Virus record (IMG/VR): IMGVR_UViG_3300007072_000007
Coordinates: 1 to 64,000 of that record
Reading direction: 5' to 3' (one strand)
Origin: a virus
Length of the DNA: 64,000 bases
This document shows, piece after piece, positions 29,679 through 38,232 of the stretch. The position numbers and the translations under genes were made by a program. The stretch's first letter is position 1; the number at the start of each line of letters is the position of its first letter. The notes under the pieces were generated by a model. The model had not been told where the DNA came from. It saw nothing but the letters and a program-made list of their open reading frames with translations, and searched no databases.

Positions 29679-30152
29679 ATGGCGTGGGTCGCAACCATCA
29701 TCGGGTCGGTTGTCCGGTCAGTTCTCGCGTGGTTCGGCGAGTACCTACGGCTGTGGTACACCGAGCAGAAGTCGCGGGAGAACGAATGGGCGGCGGAGAC
29801 CCGCAAAGCGATGCTGGAGTCGTTCAAGACTTCGCTCAAGGTAGAGCAAGCCATCTCCAAAGCGGGCGCAACGCATCCCCGTAGTCCTGCGGAGTGGAAC
29901 GTCGGGCGGTCGGTTCTGGTCCTGGCGGTCGTCTGGTGGGCCGGTGCAGGATGCTTCACTCGGTACGTTTACGTCGAGTCCCGCTACCCCATCATCGAGA
30001 TTCCCCAGCGGCCTGCGGTCCCGACGCAGCCCGTCGCGTGGACGGCGAGAGAGGAAATCCTTGTCGGTTACGCCGCCTCGCTGGAGGCCGCCATCGACCG
30101 TTACAACGAGGCGGCGAAAGAGCACAACCGCAAGCACGGGTACGGCCAATGA
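29679..30152 (+). CDS. Putative spanin-like membrane/lipoprotein
   Basis: N-terminal hydrophobic helix, helical linker, internal 'VLVLAVVWWAGAGC' lipobox-like segment, Pro-rich region. Confidence 0.45.
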   Translation: MAWVATIIGSVVRSVLAWFGEYLRLWYTEQKSRENEWAAETRKAMLESFKTSLKVEQAISKAGATHPRSPAEWNVGRSVLVLAVVWWAGAGCFTRYVYVESRYPIIEIPQRPAVPTQPVAWTAREEILVGYAASLEAAIDRYNEAAKEHNRKHGYGQ

Positions 30153-30619
30153 CCATATCGGAAGCCCTCAATCTGCTTCGAGCGCTGGAAAGCCCCATCT
30201 TGAAGAACGTCGTCGCCGGTGCGCCGTTTCACTACGCGGTGGCACGGAACAGGCGTCTGTTGGGGGACGTGAGGGATGCGGTTCGGAAGGCGGTCGAGAA
30301 CGACGTGAGACTGGCGGAGCCATACGACCGCAAGCGGATGGCCCTGGCCGCCCAGTGCGCCGTGCTGCGAAGCGGAGAGCCTGCCGTCGATGCGTCCGGC
30401 AGGTTGATCATCGGAAACACCGCCGCCTACGCCGAAGGTTTGGCGAAACTGCGGGCGGAGATGCCGGAGGCGGCCCAGGCGTCGGACCGTGTGGAGGCGG
30501 CGCTGGCGGACATGGGGGGCGACGATGCGGGCGTATCGCTGGTGACGGTATGCACCGAGGACGTGCCCGACCTGCCGGGGGCGGTATTCGACGCCCTCCT
30601 CCCGATGATCTCCGGCTAG
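30149..30619 (+). CDS. Hypothetical protein
   Basis: ATGA coupling. Confidence 0.55.
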   Translation: MTISEALNLLRALESPILKNVVAGAPFHYAVARNRRLLGDVRDAVRKAVENDVRLAEPYDRKRMALAAQCAVLRSGEPAVDASGRLIIGNTAAYAEGLAKLRAEMPEAAQASDRVEAALADMGGDDAGVSLVTVCTEDVPDLPGAVFDALLPMISG

Positions 30620-30624
30620 TATGC

Positions 30625-30653
30625 TTGACAACGCATAAATACGATGCTATGCT
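30625..30653 (+). promoter_or_regulatory. Sigma70-type promoter, probably leaderless transcript
   Basis: TTGACA-17-TATGCT with TGn extension; ATG 6 nt after the -10 box. Confidence 0.75.
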
Positions 30654-30659
30654 GCCGGT

Positions 30660-31040
30660 ATGGCGGCATATGCTCGCATAGACCTCGCGGAGATGGACGA
30701 GTTCCTGGGCCAGTTCGCGCCCGCTGGGTTTGTTTTCGTGCGGGTTACGCCGCCGGGCTGTAACGAGGTAGTGTACGACTGCCCCTTCCCGTTCGATTCC
30801 ACCGCAAAGATTCGCATTTATACGAGCATCGACCCGACTACGGGTGTCGGGCGAGGTGTCGGGGCCGACGCGATCCGTGTGACGGTCCTGCACACGCGGG
30901 ACGACCGGCCGCTGCTCCAGAGGCAGCAGCGCGTCCACCGCGTCGCCGGATGGCGCGCGAACCTGCGGGCGCGCCTGCGGTCGATCACGGTTGCACGGCT
31001 GGAGCGCGTCCGTGCGTGGCGCGGAAATCCGGTCGCATAA
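30660..31040 (+). CDS. Hypothetical phage protein
   Basis: 'IRIYTSID...GRGVGADAIRV'; no SD, start at predicted TSS. Confidence 0.6.
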   Translation: MAAYARIDLAEMDEFLGQFAPAGFVFVRVTPPGCNEVVYDCPFPFDSTAKIRIYTSIDPTTGVGRGVGADAIRVTVLHTRDDRPLLQRQQRVHRVAGWRANLRARLRSITVARLERVRAWRGNPVA

Positions 31041-31083
31041 CCTATGGCGGCGTAACGATTTACGTTGACACTAGATTTTGTCG

Positions 31084-31111
31084 TTGACAACGTGAAAAGC
31101 GGCGATATACT
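31084..31111 (+). promoter_or_regulatory. Sigma70-type promoter
   Basis: TTGACA-16-TATACT; second TTGACA at 31065. Confidence 0.75.
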
Positions 31112-31151
31112 GTCTGGTGTTGTGGTTCGGTAGTCTTTACAGGAGGTCAGT

Positions 31152-31220
31152 ATGGTCAGGTTTTCCGATGCCGCGAAGGCGGCGGTGAGGGTTGCGACTC
31201 ACGCCGAGTTGGGATCGTGA
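31152..31220 (+). CDS. 22-aa small ORF MVRFSDAAKAAVRVATHAELGS
   Basis: Own promoter, AGGAGG RBS at 31141 and own terminator. Confidence 0.6.
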   Translation: MVRFSDAAKAAVRVATHAELGS

Positions 31221-31229
31221 TACCATACG

Positions 31230-31265
31230 GCGGGCGGCGCGCAAGCGCCGCCCGCTTTTCTTTTC
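31230..31265 (+). terminator. Intrinsic terminator
   Basis: gcgggcggcgc-GCAA-gcgccgcccgc followed by ttttcttttc. Confidence 0.9.
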
Positions 31266-31338
31266 ATAGTACGACTACGCGGGATACGGTGGTCGGGCGT
31301 GTCGCTCGACCGGGCACCCGAAGCAACGGAGGTACATC

Positions 31339-33813
31339 ATGCGGTTCACGCTAGAGAACGCGCGTAGCGCGCTTCAGCGGCATTGGGGGCACGCCGACTT
31401 TCGGCGGAGTCAGGTTCCCGTCATCGAGGCCGTCGCGGCAGGGAGCGACGTGCTCGCCGTCCTCCCGACCGGCGAGGGCAAGTCGGCCTGTTTTCAGATT
31501 CCGGCTCTACTCGACACCGAGCGCACCGCGCTGGTGGTCTCTCCGCTTATCGCGCTGATGAAGGATCAGTGCGATGATGCGGAACGACGCGGCATCGCCG
31601 CGTCGTTCGTCAACTCGCACATCGACGAGGCAGAAGCCGACGCTCGCCTGCGGCGTCTGGCCGACGGGGAGTTCCGGCTGTTCTACGTCTCGCCGGAGAC
31701 CCTGAAGACCCGCCGGTTCCGCGCCGCGCTCCAGCAAACCCGCGTCAGTTACTTGGTCGTTGACGAGGCGCATTGTCATCCGGCGGGAACCCGGATTAGC
31801 ACACCGACGGGGGATGTACCCATCGAAACCATCCAAGCCGGAGACGCGGTGTACGCCTACGACGGTCAGCGTGTTGTTGTGCGTCGCGTCACGGAGACGC
31901 AGGTAAAGTTCGTGGGTTGTCGCCGCCTGTTGCGGCTGGTGGCCCCATCGGGTAGCGTATTGCTCACGGACGACCATCCGGTGTTCGTGATCGGCAAAGG
32001 ATATGTCGCAGCGGGTCAGGTCAACACGGGCGACGAAGTGCTGCTTCTGCGGTCGGGTATTTCCCGACAGGCATTGGGAGCGGACGGGGGCGAGGGGGAG
32101 GCGTGTTCACTGACGTTCGCACAGCGGAGCGCGTCGGTCGCTGGACCTGAGGCGGGATGCGCGGTTGTCCGCTGCCGGGTGGACCGTGTTGAGGTTGTCG
32201 AACGACCTGATTACGACGAAACCGGACCGCGCGCGTGGGATGATCGAGTCGTGTTTGCGCTCACGGTCGCTGGCGAGCACAACTACTTCGCCGAAGGAAT
32301 CCTGACGCATAACTGTGCGTCACGCTGGGGGCACGACTTCCGGCCCGCCTACCTCCAGATTGCCGACTGTCTGCGGTACATCTCGCAAGTCTGCCCGGAG
32401 TGCGACGGCGACGCCGCAACCGTGGACGCCGAGGGCAACACCGTCGCCACCTGCGCCGCCTGTGGGGGGCGCGGCGGCACCCGACCGCAGATCATCGCCG
32501 TAACCGCAACGGCCACCGGCGACATCGAAGCGGACATCATGCGGTCGCTGGGCGTCACGGGCGATTACACGCGCATCGTCGCCGACCCGATCCGCCCCAA
32601 CCTCGATTATCGAGTTGTGTTCGCCGACAACGACTTGGAGACCTTCAAGCGCGTCGTCGGCCAGTGGGACATCGTGAACGGTCGGCACATCGTCTATGTC
32701 GGCACACGGAAGATGGCCGAACTACTCACGAAGATCATCGCCGAGCAGATCGGGTTCCGCACGTTGGGACCGGAGGCGAAGGCGTTGTCGTGGCAGGACC
32801 GTTGCCGTGCCGCGTATGCGGCCGGAGCCGAGCGCGTCGCGTTCTACCATGCGGGCATGAAGCGCGACGATTCGGTGGAGCGCGACGAGGACGGGCGCAC
32901 GCGGAAGGTGCTGGGGCGTGTGACCGTGCAGGAAAACTTCAAGTCGGGTCGCACGCCGGTCGTGGTGGCGACCTGCGCGTTCGGCATGGGCATCGACGTG
33001 CCGAACATCCGTAACGTCCTCCATTTCGGCGTGCCGGGCTGTCTGGAGGATTACGCGCAGGAAGCCGGGCGTGCCGGTCGGGATGGACAGCCCAGTGCGG
33101 TAACGATCATCTACTCCGAAAAGAGCGTATCGCTTCGGAAGTGGTTCATCGACCAGTCCAATCCGCGCCGGGAACTGTATGACCTTGTGTGGTCGTACCT
33201 GCTGGACCAGACCAAGCGGGTGCGTGTTCTGCGCAAGTCGGCGGCGTCCATCGCCTACGAGTTATGTGCGGAGCACGGCCCCAACACCATCACCGACGCG
33301 CAGGTACACTCCATCCTGTCCGCGTTGGAACTGCGCCGGGTCATCCGCCGCGCTCCCGCCGCCAGCGGCAGCGAGATCAAAGTCAACGTGGCGAAACTGC
33401 GGGCGGCGGCGAGCAACCCCGAACTGAACCGGACCGAGCGGGAGGTTGCCGACTACCTGCTGAATACCGTGGTTGAGCCGACGTTGGGCGGCACGGACCT
33501 GAAGACCCTGGACGTGGTTCTGGACCGCGAGGACATCGCCAACGCCGTGTCGCGGTCGGAAGCCACCGTCAAGCGTGCCCTGGACACGCTGGAGGAGGAC
33601 TATGGCGCGATCACGGTGTCGCCCACGTTCAACGGCAAGTCCACCGAACTGCTGTCGCGCCCCGACGTGCTGGACGACGTGCTTCCGTGGGATGAGATCG
33701 AAGCCAAGCGCGCCCGCGAAATCGCGCGGTTGGAGCGCATGCTGTCGTATTGCCGGTCCAGCGACAAGCGGCAGGCCATCCGAGACTACTTCCTGAAGGG
33801 TCCGGTCAGGTGA
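31339..33813 (+). CDS. recQ: RecQ-family DNA helicase containing an intein
   Basis: LPTGEGKS, VVSPLIALMKDQ, DEAH|C..WGHDFRP, TATAT, YHAGM, ATCAFGMGID, QEAGRAGRDG. Confidence 0.92.
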   Translation: MRFTLENARSALQRHWGHADFRRSQVPVIEAVAAGSDVLAVLPTGEGKSACFQIPALLDTERTALVVSPLIALMKDQCDDAERRGIAASFVNSHIDEAEADARLRRLADGEFRLFYVSPETLKTRRFRAALQQTRVSYLVVDEAHCHPAGTRISTPTGDVPIETIQAGDAVYAYDGQRVVVRRVTETQVKFVGCRRLLRLVAPSGSVLLTDDHPVFVIGKGYVAAGQVNTGDEVLLLRSGISRQALGADGGEGEACSLTFAQRSASVAGPEAGCAVVRCRVDRVEVVERPDYDETGPRAWDDRVVFALTVAGEHNYFAEGILTHNCASRWGHDFRPAYLQIADCLRYISQVCPECDGDAATVDAEGNTVATCAACGGRGGTRPQIIAVTATATGDIEADIMRSLGVTGDYTRIVADPIRPNLDYRVVFADNDLETFKRVVGQWDIVNGRHIVYVGTRKMAELLTKIIAEQIGFRTLGPEAKALSWQDRCRAAYAAGAERVAFYHAGMKRDDSVERDEDGRTRKVLGRVTVQENFKSGRTPVVVATCAFGMGIDVPNIRNVLHFGVPGCLEDYAQEAGRAGRDGQPSAVTIIYSEKSVSLRKWFIDQSNPRRELYDLVWSYLLDQTKRVRVLRKSAASIAYELCAEHGPNTITDAQVHSILSALELRRVIRRAPAASGSEIKVNVAKLRAAASNPELNRTEREVADYLLNTVVEPTLGGTDLKTLDVVLDREDIANAVSRSEATVKRALDTLEEDYGAITVSPTFNGKSTELLSRPDVLDDVLPWDEIEAKRAREIARLERMLSYCRSSDKRQAIRDYFLKGPVR
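31774..32313 (+). mobile_element. Mini-intein (180 aa) in RecQ motif II
   Basis: Starts CHPAGTRI, block B LTDDHPV, ends HNYFAEGILTHN followed by Cys; removal restores DEAHCASRWGHDFRP; no LAGLIDADG domain. Confidence 0.92.
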
Positions 33814-33829
33814 TTTACGCTGCGTAAAT
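33813..33829. repeat. Perfect palindrome ATTTACGCTGCGTAAAT
   Basis: Between the recQ stop and the next start codon. Confidence 0.95.
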
Positions 33830-33832
33830 ACC

Positions 33833-34282
33833 GTGAGCAAACCACGGCTTCGATATCCCGCCCCGCTCAAGCCGAAGTTGCGGCAACGGCTCGCGCAGGT
33901 CGCCAGTCCACCGTCGGGGTGGACTGGCGACCCCGCGCTGTACGGGTGCGTCCTGTTCTACTCCGTGAGCGTGTATGATCGCCTCGACCGGATGACGTTC
34001 GACGAAGCAAAGGCCGCCGCCGACGCCGCCGGAGAAGCCAGTGCGCACGCGCCCCTGTGGATGCGCAACGCGAAGGGTCAGTTCGGCCAGTACGACATCC
34101 CCGGATTCGGGAGCCGGAGCGGGCCTTATTGCATCGCCCTGCTGGCGGCGTTCCTGGTCTGGACGCAGCGGCAACTACAGGACTTCCCGCTCCCGACCAG
34201 CCCCTTGCTATCGGCGGCGCAGGACGGTCTGACGCTCTGGTGGGCCAGCCATCCCGACCGCAAGCCGTCGTGGGTTTCCTGA
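33833..34282 (+). CDS. Hypothetical protein
   Basis: 149-aa ORF filling the gap. Confidence 0.5.
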   Translation: MSKPRLRYPAPLKPKLRQRLAQVASPPSGWTGDPALYGCVLFYSVSVYDRLDRMTFDEAKAAADAAGEASAHAPLWMRNAKGQFGQYDIPGFGSRSGPYCIALLAAFLVWTQRQLQDFPLPTSPLLSAAQDGLTLWWASHPDRKPSWVS

Positions 34283-34317
34283 CACCGCTGGGTACAATCC
34301 CGCGAGAGGGATGAGCG

Positions 34318-34989
34318 ATGAGCCGATACGACTTTGTGCCGACGGTCCAGATGGACCCGTCCATCGCCGACCGGCTGTTTCGTTACGCTTTCGGGTACAC
34401 CGATGACGGCCACTTCGTCGAAGTCGGGGCCTACGACGGGATAACCTACTCGTTCACGAGGCGGCTGGCCGAGTCCGGCTGGAACGGGCTTCTGATTGAG
34501 CCGGAACCGTCAAACTATGCCGCCTGCGCCGCTCTCTATTCGCCGGACACGACCGAGTATCGGTTTGGCCAGCGGGTCATCGTCGAGAACGTGGCTTGTT
34601 CCGACGCCGAGCGGATGCTGACCCTCTACTCCGCTGGTGCATTGTCCACGACGTGTCCCGCACAAGTGCCGGTTCTCCAGCCGAATGTCAATGTTCGCGC
34701 GGTAGCACTCGAAACCCTGCTGGGCGCGTATCGGTGGCCGGAGCGGTATCAACTGCTCGTGGTGGATACGGAAGGGTCTGAACTGGACGTGTTGCGAGGA
34801 GCGGGGCTGTCGCGGTACGTCCCGCAACTCATCATCGTTGAACTACACGAACTGATGGACTTCCCCCATTCGGACGAGGCCGAACAGGAGCGGGCCAAAG
34901 CCGTCGCAGTCCACGACCTGCTTTCGAGAGCGGGCTACAAGCCAGCCTATCGGGACGCCATCAACACCGCGTTTGTTCTGGCAAGGTGA
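34318..34989 (+). CDS. FkbM-family SAM methyltransferase
   Basis: FVEVGAYDG, WNGLLIEP, VDTEGSELDVLRG. Confidence 0.88.
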   Translation: MSRYDFVPTVQMDPSIADRLFRYAFGYTDDGHFVEVGAYDGITYSFTRRLAESGWNGLLIEPEPSNYAACAALYSPDTTEYRFGQRVIVENVACSDAERMLTLYSAGALSTTCPAQVPVLQPNVNVRAVALETLLGAYRWPERYQLLVVDTEGSELDVLRGAGLSRYVPQLIIVELHELMDFPHSDEAEQERAKAVAVHDLLSRAGYKPAYRDAINTAFVLAR

Positions 34990-34992
34990 GGC

Positions 34993-35346
34993 ATGTCTGA
35001 GCGCGAGAGGATGCCGACGGATAGATACGGGATAACCCGCAAGGGAGCCGCCTGCGGGTTCGAGTATTACGTTACGGTGAACGCCTACCCCGACGGACGC
35101 CCAGGCGAGGTGTTCGTCAAGGTCGCCAAGAGCGGGACAGAACTTTCGGGGTGGGTCAATGCGTGGGCGACGACCCTATCTATCGCGCTCCAGTACGGCG
35201 TTCCGTGGTCGATCCTACGGGACAAGTATATGGGCCAACGCTTCGGGATGGGCGATGCCATCAATCCGTCTCTCCTGCACGGCATATCTCGGTCGGTTGA
35301 CGAGATTGTGGCGGAGTTTTCTCGAAAACAACGAGATTTTCGTTGA
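34993..35346 (+). CDS. Stand-alone TSCPD-type domain (class II ribonucleotide reductase C-terminal-like)
   Basis: 'YVTVNAYPDGRPGEVFVKVAKSGT...SIALQYGVP'. Confidence 0.75.
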   Translation: MSERERMPTDRYGITRKGAACGFEYYVTVNAYPDGRPGEVFVKVAKSGTELSGWVNAWATTLSIALQYGVPWSILRDKYMGQRFGMGDAINPSLLHGISRSVDEIVAEFSRKQRDFR

Positions 35347-35377
35347 CTTTTCCGAACCGCCGTGTAACATCTTGACA
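35343..35377 (+). promoter_or_regulatory. Possible sigma70 promoter(s)
   Basis: TTGACT-16-TAACAT, plus TTGACA at 35372. Confidence 0.45.
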
Positions 35378-35514
35378 AAGGTGATAACTGTTGCTATCGC
35401 GCGTGCGCGCACGCGCGCCTTGGCCCCCTATGTGACTACAGATTAGAGTTTGGAGAACTAGGTACTTAGGCAACCCCTTTGGGACAGCGCGTAAATCGAA
35501 CCGCTGCCGGAACA

Positions 35515-37092
35515 ATGCGTCGAGCCGTCATCAGCATCCGAGGCGCGTGGGCCTTCCTGCAGGGAGGCGAGGCGGTCATGGAGCGCGCCCTGGCTCTGGA
35601 CGACCCGAAGCGGTTCTTCAACTCCGCCTACCGTGAGCGCAGGTGGGACGGGAAGATTCGCCTGAACATCGGGCGGAAGTTTCCTGCCGGATTGACCGAT
35701 TACATTTCGAGCGAACTGAGGAAAGCGGGCTACGCGGTTTCGGTACTCACGGAAGCGCGCAGCGCGCCCTTGGACTTGAGCCGTTTCGACAGGAAGTATC
35801 TCGCGGGCATCACGCTTTGGGACCATCAGTACGAGGCCGTCCTGGCAATGCTCACGCACGAAAGGGGCGTCGTGAAAAGCGCGACGGGAAGCGGCAAGAC
35901 GGCGATTGCCGCAGCCGTATCGCGCTATCTGTGGGAGGAGTGTGGCTTGAAATCGCTGGTCATCACCAGCCGTCGGGGTCTTGCGAGACAGACCGCGAGG
36001 GTGTTTCGCCAATACTACGGGGACGACATCGAGGTCGGGCAGTTCGGGGACGGCGAAAAGACGGCGGGGACTGTTACGGTCGCCACCGCGCAATCGCTGG
36101 CGGCGTACTGGCCGAAGCGCATTTACAGCGCGAGAAATCGCCGGTATTCCCTCCGGCCCTGCGACCCGGCGGTTCGGCGGCTGGTTCGGGAAGCGGGCGT
36201 TCTCATCTACGACGAGTGCCATCATGCCGGTTCCTCAACGAGTTGGTTCGATGTCGGCATGGTCTGCCCTGCGGTTCGTCGGTATGGGATGTCCGGTACG
36301 CCGATCAAGGATGATGAGGTGGCGGACCTTCGGCTCATTGGTGCGACAGGTCCGGTCATCTACGACGCATCGGCCTCCGACATGATTTCGGTCGGGTTGG
36401 CGAGGCGTCCTCGCATCGTGGTGATCGCGTCGGCCAGCGCTAGCGGTCCTTCCCTGCCGTCTGTCGAGACGGTGCTGGACGAGGACGGGGATTCGGTTTC
36501 CGTTCCCATGCCCTACGCGACGGCGTACCGTCGCGGCGTCGTCGAGAGCGAGCATCACAACCGGACGGTTACGGCGGCTGTTCGCTGGCTGGTCGAGCGG
36601 GACCGGAGAGTGCTTGTTCCTTGCCGTAGGATGGACCATCTGGAACGCCTGCATCGCGCGTTTTCCGATGCGGGCATCGCGCACGCCAAACTGTCGGGGC
36701 GGACGGATACCCGGCTGCGGGACATGGCGAAGGCTGCGTTTACGGACCAGACGTTCAACGTCATCCTCGCTACCGTTATTTTCGACGAAGGCGAGGACGT
36801 GCCTGCCATCGACGCCATCGTGCTGGCCGAGGGAGTCAAGTCGGTCGTCCCGACCATCCAGCGAATCGGGCGCGGGATGCGGGTCCAGAGGGACGGCCCG
36901 ACCGACCTGTGGGTGGTGGACATCGCGCCTACGTCCAGCCCGGTGCTTTGGAGTCATGCCGTCCAGCGGGTTGAGGCGTATGAGCGGGAGGGGTATGACG
37001 TGACGCTGCTGACCGAGTGGCCTGCGAGCGTGGACCCGGCGAATCCCCCCGATAACCTTCTGCCATTCGAGGAGTTGGTCCGTGCGGATTGA
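35515..37092 (+). CDS. Superfamily 2 helicase (UvsW-like)
   Basis: SATGSGKT, DECHH, SGTP, DEGEDVP, QRIGRGMR. Confidence 0.88.
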   Translation: MRRAVISIRGAWAFLQGGEAVMERALALDDPKRFFNSAYRERRWDGKIRLNIGRKFPAGLTDYISSELRKAGYAVSVLTEARSAPLDLSRFDRKYLAGITLWDHQYEAVLAMLTHERGVVKSATGSGKTAIAAAVSRYLWEECGLKSLVITSRRGLARQTARVFRQYYGDDIEVGQFGDGEKTAGTVTVATAQSLAAYWPKRIYSARNRRYSLRPCDPAVRRLVREAGVLIYDECHHAGSSTSWFDVGMVCPAVRRYGMSGTPIKDDEVADLRLIGATGPVIYDASASDMISVGLARRPRIVVIASASASGPSLPSVETVLDEDGDSVSVPMPYATAYRRGVVESEHHNRTVTAAVRWLVERDRRVLVPCRRMDHLERLHRAFSDAGIAHAKLSGRTDTRLRDMAKAAFTDQTFNVILATVIFDEGEDVPAIDAIVLAEGVKSVVPTIQRIGRGMRVQRDGPTDLWVVDIAPTSSPVLWSHAVQRVEAYEREGYDVTLLTEWPASVDPANPPDNLLPFEELVRAD

Positions 37093-37984
37093 TCGAACAC
37101 CTGCACCTGCGCGCCGTCCGCTGTGCTACGGGCGGAGTTACGGACGCGAGGGCCTCTGCGCCTCCTGTCCGTTCGCTTCGGAGTGCCGCCGCGTCTGCGC
37201 CCAGTGGTCTGGCGTGTTGTCGCTGGCGGAAGCGTCCCAGCGCGCCCTGGATGCCTTCCGCAGTTCGCTCGCGGACCGGAAGCCGGACGGGACGCTTTAT
37301 GAGCGGGTCTATGCGGACGTGTACGGCCGCAGGCCGAACCCGAAGTCGAAGTGTGCCTACGACTACGCGATGTTCCAGGTCGTTGAACTGTGCGGACGGA
37401 AGGGAATCGACCCCGCTGTTTATGTTCGCGCTCAGATGGAATCCCTGCGTGATGCCGTGCAGCGAATCAAGGTTCGCGGCAGGAGTCTGGGCTTCCAGCC
37501 GAACATGCTGTTCGGATTACGGGCCATGTACCGCTACGAGGCTTTCCGCTCCGCTGCGGAGAAGCGGTACGGGGCGAAGTTCGCGTCGGCTTTCTCCGAG
37601 CGCGGAAAACTCGAAACGATGCTGGTCGAGTTGACCGAAGCGGAGACGGAGTACGGGGAATCGTTGTTGTCAGGCGCGCGCTTTTCCGGTCCGCCGTTGT
37701 GGTCTGCGCTGCGTCTGGAAGGGGCGAGTCCAGAGGGCCGAAGGATTCGGCGCGACTACGGTTCCGACGTGGTGGACAGGATGATTCGCGCCGCTTTCAT
37801 GGCTGCCGCCTGTGCCGTCGCCAACCGCCGTCGTGCCGGTTTGGCGAATCGCATCGGCATCACGACGCCCGACGACGTGGAGTGGGACGACATCATTGCC
37901 GCCGTTCGGCGGTACGCCCCCGATTGTCCGCGCGATTTACGCAGCGTAAATGTGGTCGGCGAGTGGCTTCCCGGTCAGGCTTGA
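37082..37984 (+). CDS. Hypothetical protein with N-terminal Cys cluster
   Basis: CYG...CASC...EC; precedes the replicative helicase. Confidence 0.6.
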   Translation: MRIDRTPAPARRPLCYGRSYGREGLCASCPFASECRRVCAQWSGVLSLAEASQRALDAFRSSLADRKPDGTLYERVYADVYGRRPNPKSKCAYDYAMFQVVELCGRKGIDPAVYVRAQMESLRDAVQRIKVRGRSLGFQPNMLFGLRAMYRYEAFRSAAEKRYGAKFASAFSERGKLETMLVELTEAETEYGESLLSGARFSGPPLWSALRLEGASPEGRRIRRDYGSDVVDRMIRAAFMAAACAVANRRRAGLANRIGITTPDDVEWDDIIAAVRRYAPDCPRDLRSVNVVGEWLPGQA

Positions 37985-38077
37985 TTTACGCAGCGTAAAT
38001 AGGGCCGCGCGTATCTCCTGTCGGCTTGATTTACGCAGCGTAAATAGGGCCGCGCGTGGCTTCCCGGTCAGGCTTGA
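37935..38077. repeat. Cluster of three perfect palindromes (37935, 37984, 38029) within interleaved direct repeats
   Basis: 35-bp ggcttgatttacgcagcgtaaatagggccgcgcgt x2 and 22-bp gtggcttcccggtcaggcttga x2. Confidence 0.95.
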
Positions 38078-38101
38078 CTTCTGTTGCGTTTGTGCTACTG
38101 T
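38074..38101 (+). promoter_or_regulatory. Possible promoter of the helicase-primase operon
   Basis: TTGACT-16-TACTGT with TGn extension. Confidence 0.5.
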
Positions 38102-38118
38102 ATCGGCGTTGCGGTGAA

Positions 38119-38226
38119 CGGGTGGCTTCCGTCGAGTGCCGGGTGCTTGGCGTCGTAAGGCGTCAACCCTCCTGCCGCAAACCAGCGGGTACACCACAAC
38201 CCCCGGCACTCGACGGAAGCCACTCG
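38119..38226 (+). other. Long stem with internal hairpins (structured leader RNA or cruciform)
   Basis: 22-bp perfect inverted repeat 38122-38143/38202-38223; internal GTAA-tetraloop hairpin. Confidence 0.75.
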
Positions 38227-38232
38227 TCCTAC

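Noticed and set aside
37935-38077. Possible mini-CRISPR array
   Set aside because: The repeat core is only 17 bp, the intervening sequences are themselves duplicated rather than unique spacers, no cas genes are present, and the same motif is dispersed across the window.
38119-38226. tRNA or intron
   Set aside because: There is no cloverleaf, T-loop or CCA end, and it is too short and not inside a CDS.
38056-38232. N-terminal extension of the helicase in the ORF track
   Set aside because: It spans the promoter and a long inverted repeat; a good RBS lies at 38235.
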